A program made the translations under genes and the position numbers. A DNA stretch of 64,000 nt from positions 3,472,001 to 3,536,000 of the forward strand of contig OZ210885.1 in assembly GCA_964658305.1 (NCBI GenBank), written 5' to 3'. Under the pieces are notes generated by a model that saw nothing but the letters and a program-made list of their open reading frames with translations, did not search any database and had not been told where the DNA came from. Of the stretch, positions 60,101 through 64,000 are shown one piece after another. The DNA is from Leptogorgia sarmentosa. Its lineage: Eukaryota. Position 1 is the stretch's first letter, and each line of letters begins with the position of its first letter.

Positions 60101-62525
60101 TTTGAAGTCGATTTGGTGATCGTTTGACTATAAGCATGGTAGGCGATGTTATAGCCAGCTTTATGTTGCTTTACGTTTCTCATGTGTTCCGTTCTTCCGG
60201 TTTTAATTAGCTCTGCCAATCTCTACGATCGATGTAGCTCCAAGAACAGTCCGAGCAGTCCAAACAACATTAGTTTGTTCTTCAAGATCTATGATAAGCC
60301 TTTATAGGAGTCTTTTATAACATAAAAACCACCACAAGATCGGTCCGCACATTACAACAAAATGTTTCCTTCGGTCGAAGACAGAGTCCCAATTGAAGAA
60401 CAGGTTTGACAATGACTTTGAAATAGAGTCGAAATATCACCTTGAATATTGTGTAAGAGTTTGTTTTCTCTTATAAGACCAAACTAGCTACTGTTGTTTA
60501 AAGAATTAACTGCTCTGACTGTTCTTGGAGCTACATCTTCGATCGCAGAGACTGGCAGCGCTAATTAAAACCAGAAGAACGGAACACATGAGAAACGTGA
60601 AGCAACATAAAGCTGGCTCTAACATCGCCTATCATGCTTGGTCAAACGATCACCAAATCGACTTCAAGAACAGCAAAATTATCGACAAAGGCAATTACAG
60701 ACCAGAACCGCGATTTTTTTTGAAATTTATTCGGCATAGGGACTCACATAAAACGAAGCTTACTTTTAAAAACCATTTAAACCAGTCGCATAAGAACCGC
60801 GTTTGTATAAGAACCCTCAATGCTGTTTTCCATTTACGCGTTTCTGATACGTACGCGTCACGCACGTAAAAATTGAGATTTAAACGTATAATTAGTTTCT
60901 ATACAATCACATGAATATAATATGTGAAGCATCTCGTATTTTGGATGATGCAGTATGTATTTCTGAAGGTATTTTTTCAATTAAATGAAATACAAAGGAT
61001 TTAGACTTATAGCTACGAACTGAATGTAGTGTTAACGTTTGTTTGTCGTTTCGAGTGTATAGGCTATGTTTTGACAAAGAACTTCTGTTCATGTTTAAAC
61101 GGCATAACAATGACTAAAGACGATGGTTATCGTGAATATATGCATGATTTTGAACATTGCCATAAATAGACATATAATTATATATATATATGTATATATT
61201 ATTGATAACTCGATCGTGTTCGTTTCGTTTTTATTCGTTAATAAACCACTATAAATATATATTCATTCGAATACTAATAACTATAAGGTTTGAGTGTAAT
61301 TTATAAACCTTTTACCCGGAGATATACAACATTCAACAGGCACTTAACTATAATATGATTATCACAACTTCCTGAACAATGCAAATATTACCTTCCTGTC
61401 AATACGTTGTCAATAATGTTTAAACATGCAATGTATATAAGATAAACTCAGCCAATATAGCTTTGACCGTTAATGCCACCACACATACTGTATAATTTGT
61501 CGTAAGCAAACATTTGTAAAACTGATATAACATATACATTTTCATTTTCAAACTATCATATTTTCAAAGAGTTTAAGCTTCGGTGAACAGGGAACGGCAG
61601 GGTCTAACTCTTGCTGCGGAATATTGGTTTAACCATTTTCTTTCTCATGTCAAAAGAACAAATAAACAATGAAGTTTTGAAACAACAACTCACTTTACAT
61701 CTGACTGCCTACGGTTGAAACTTATTCGTGAATATATGCATGATATTGTTTTTCAGCAGTGCATAGCTATATACCAAACGATATATATAACTCGTGTTCG
61801 TTTCGTTTTTATACGTTAATAAACCACTAGCTAGTTATATGTATATATACAATTATCAGGGTACTAATAATAACTATATATAGGTTTGAGTGTAATTTAC
61901 AAACCTTCTACCCAGAGATATACAACAGTTAACGGGCACTTAACTATAATATCACAACTTCCTGAACCAAGTTGTTGTTCCTAAACCAACTTCCAGAAGC
62001 TAAGTTGTCAATGATGTTTATGGAATGTATATACAGTATAAACTCTAATATAGTCTTGATCACCACGCATACTGTATAATTTATCGTAAGCAAAACATTT
62101 GTAAGACTGATGAGACATACATTTTGATTTTAAACTCATATTATCAGAGAGTTTAAGCTTCGGTCAACGGCGAACGGAAGGTCTAACTTTTGCTGCAGAA
62201 TGTTGGTTTTACCACTTCATTTCAAATTTTCTTTCTCATGTTAAAAGAATAATTAAACATTGAAGTTTTGAAACAACAAGTCCATTGACATTCTACTGCT
62301 TACGGTTGAAACTTTGTCAGTTTGTGTCTGCTGTTTGACGTTTGACACTTGAAAGCGAATCTTGAAGCCTTAAACTTTCTATGATCGATATTGGTGGGCA
62401 ATTGGCGTAAAAAAATATTGTCAATACTGTTGGTGTACTGACCTACAACCGTATCACACATTACCTTCAAACACCAGCAAGGATATGCTGAAATAAGAAA
62501 GCCAACGATGAAAAAGCCACGACAT
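42140..62525 (-). CDS. Receptor-type protein tyrosine phosphatase with tandem D1/D2 domains and a lectin-rich ectodomain, 29 exons, ~1518 aa
   Basis: Exons 62525-62465 (signal), 59270-58863, 57558-57250, 56920-56624, 55742-55465, 55046-54920, 54395-54117, 53414-53139, 52830-52752, 52479-52212, 51729-51684, 51260-51125 (TM), 50547-50312, 49988-49882, 49487-49400, 49044-48977, 48742-48709, 48612-48515, 48442-48323, 48040-47892, 47527-47386, 47030-46884, 46090-45991, 45785-45709, 45422-45291, 45081-44953, 44309-44155, 43810-43675 and 42214-42140 total 4557 nt in frame. D1: KNRY, DYINA, YIACQGP, KCEKYWP, WPDHGVP, VHCSAGVGRTG, MVQT..QY. D2: DYINA, WPD, ACSDGAGRTG. C-terminus YANFE. Confidence 0.95.
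42504..43018. mobile_element. TIR element (CAGGGGCGGAT termini) in the last RPTP intron
   Basis: CAGGGGCGGATTTA / TAGATCCGCCCCTG, flanked by CAGAT on both sides. Confidence 0.8.
49519..49706. mobile_element. Tc1/mariner-like MITE
   Basis: TA|CCGGGTGTCTCA...TGAGACACCCGG|TA. Confidence 0.85.
50586..50775. mobile_element. hAT-like MITE
   Basis: CAGGGGCGCCGGAAGC / GCTTCCGGCGCCCCTG with a perfect 8-bp TSD CTATATAC. Confidence 0.9.
58271..58618. mobile_element. Foldback MITE (EnSpm-like CAC terminus, 2-bp AT flanks)
   Basis: CACATTACCAAATTTGGA...TCCAAATTTGGTAATGTA with ~80-bp imperfect arms and internal AGTACTGAAGT repeats. Confidence 0.75.
60079..60700. mobile_element. Degenerate Penelope-like retroelement fragment (GIY-YIG endonuclease region) with an inverted duplicate
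   Basis: The + strand at 60508-60700 encodes NCSDCSWSYI / KTRRTEHMRNVKQHKAGSNIAYHAWSNDHQIDFKNSKIIDKG (frameshifted CxxC-YIG...TRxxEH pattern). 60079-60259 is its reverse complement. Confidence 0.75.
61127..62314. repeat. Tandem duplication of a ~595-bp unit in RPTP intron 1
   Basis: Units start TTAT(T)CGTGAATATATGCATGAT (61127, 61722) and end TACGGTTGAAACTT (61723, 62314), colinear throughout. Confidence 0.9.
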
Positions 62526-64000
62526 CTTTTCGTAGATTTTCAATACTGAAAGAGTAAGAGCATGTACTTCCGCATCACATTATTTCTCAATAATCAACGA
62601 AATGAAAAATATATGCACCAATTATTAACAATTAAATTATCCCCGCGAGGCAAGCCGTTCGGTCGTTAGCCCGGGCTGAGGGTAATAATTCCGCACGGCT
62701 ATTTACACCAGGGTAAAGGAAAGCATAGCGGAGTCTGAAACATTGAACTAAAAAATAACTAGAACGATAAGTCAGGGGGGAAATTGAAGCCGTGCTTGAA
62801 GATGTTTTTGTATGCAGACCCAGTTTTTTTCGAATATTATATGTAGCATGATAATTAAATTGTAAGGCGTGCGTTCATAGTCTTAGTTCTTAAAAGTTTG
62901 AGACAAAACAGAGACAAAACTAAGACGTCAAACCTCAGGAATTATTTAACCCTATGTAAAATACATCAGTATGCGAAGCTTCGTGAAGATTGGACGCATG
63001 AAAGTCGAAAGAAATGCGTTTGATTTTAATGTTGACAAAAACACTCATTACCAGAAATCTTAAGCGTCGCGCCCGCTGTCATGTGTCAGCGGCAACAATC
63101 ATGAATTAAAATTATTCAATGAGCAGGCGATGAAGCGAGTCAGAATCACTATGTAGCACAAGACGTATATTATATTTACCACAGAGAAAAGTGAGGCAAA
63201 TTTATTTATTCGCGGCTCAAAACTACTTGATTCTTAAACCTGTAATATTCTTTTTTGCTAACCTTTTCGTTTTAACGCTTCGTTTTTGTTCATTTGACCA
63301 CGTTTGTAGCCTAACCGCGTGGGATTATGTAGGAATTATTACAAATATCAAATGTAAGGAGCATGAAATGCGATAATCGTAGAAGTAATGTTAATTTTAT
63401 TCATTTTGAGCTAACTTTTTTCCATACTTTCCTTTCATGCTTAATATGCTTAACCAAAATTCCCATTTTTAATTTTTGGTGTAAAAATACTAAAAAAGCT
63501 GCATTAACCAGTATACTCCTATGGCTTCCAATAAATAATAAATGATTCACGACTTTGAATTGTGAAGGCCTGGGGAGAGCGCATCATTTTAGGAATGGTT
63601 AAGTTGTCTGGTGATTATTTATTCGGAGTACTCGGATTGCCCACGAGAAGTGCGAAGTCAAAAATAGCAACATTTGCAAAAGTCGATTTATTAAAAGACT
63701 CATAGCGACAATGAAATGGTTAAAATGACAGTTTCATTATTTTTGTTGGTTGAAGCTAGAGCAAACATTTGTCATTTTTTTGAAATATAAAACTAAAAAT
63801 CCTCACTATTTGCCGTGTACTCCTTGGCAATTTTTGCTCAAAAACAAACTTGTGAGAAAAAATCCTCACTCGATCCTCCGAACTCTCTCAGTCCTTTTGT
63901 ATATTAATTTTACTGCGGGCCGGGTTCTGCCAATCATAGGACCAAATCATAGAAGTTATCATCCCAAATGCTTCAGACAGAAGATCCATCTTGAAATTCT

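Overview
AT-rich, intron-containing animal genomic DNA, not prokaryotic. An anthozoan cnidarian, possibly an octocoral, is inferred from gene content and repeat style. Manual splicing gave six complete, frame-consistent gene models that the ORF track shows only in fragments. (1-3) Three paralogous two-exon genes (+; 1465-2751, 33047-34891, 39840-41009) encode small secreted precursors: signal peptide, short pro-segment ending in a conserved '[V/I]FAD' motif, then a hypervariable, very cationic Arg/Ser/His-rich tail. They share a conserved TATA promoter module and are the most novel-looking system here. (4) A secreted, highly symmetric 7-repeat FG-GAP/PVL-like beta-propeller protein (-; 7571-11556). 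(5) A 16-exon DEG/ENaC channel (+; 19543-28493, ~779 aa) with recently tandem-duplicated mucin-like exons, a furin site and a GC-AG intron. (6) A 29-exon receptor tyrosine phosphatase (-; 42140-62525, ~1518 aa) with a lectin-rich ectodomain (ricin-like, SUEL, SRCR-like, F5/8C, FN3). An orphan paralog of its signal-peptide exon lies at 41254-41317. Introns and intergenic DNA carry many non-autonomous DNA transposons (hAT-, Harbinger-, Tc1/mariner-, EnSpm-, Kolobok- and Mutator-like), a Penelope-like fragment and local duplications. All domain calls are by eye; no searches were run.
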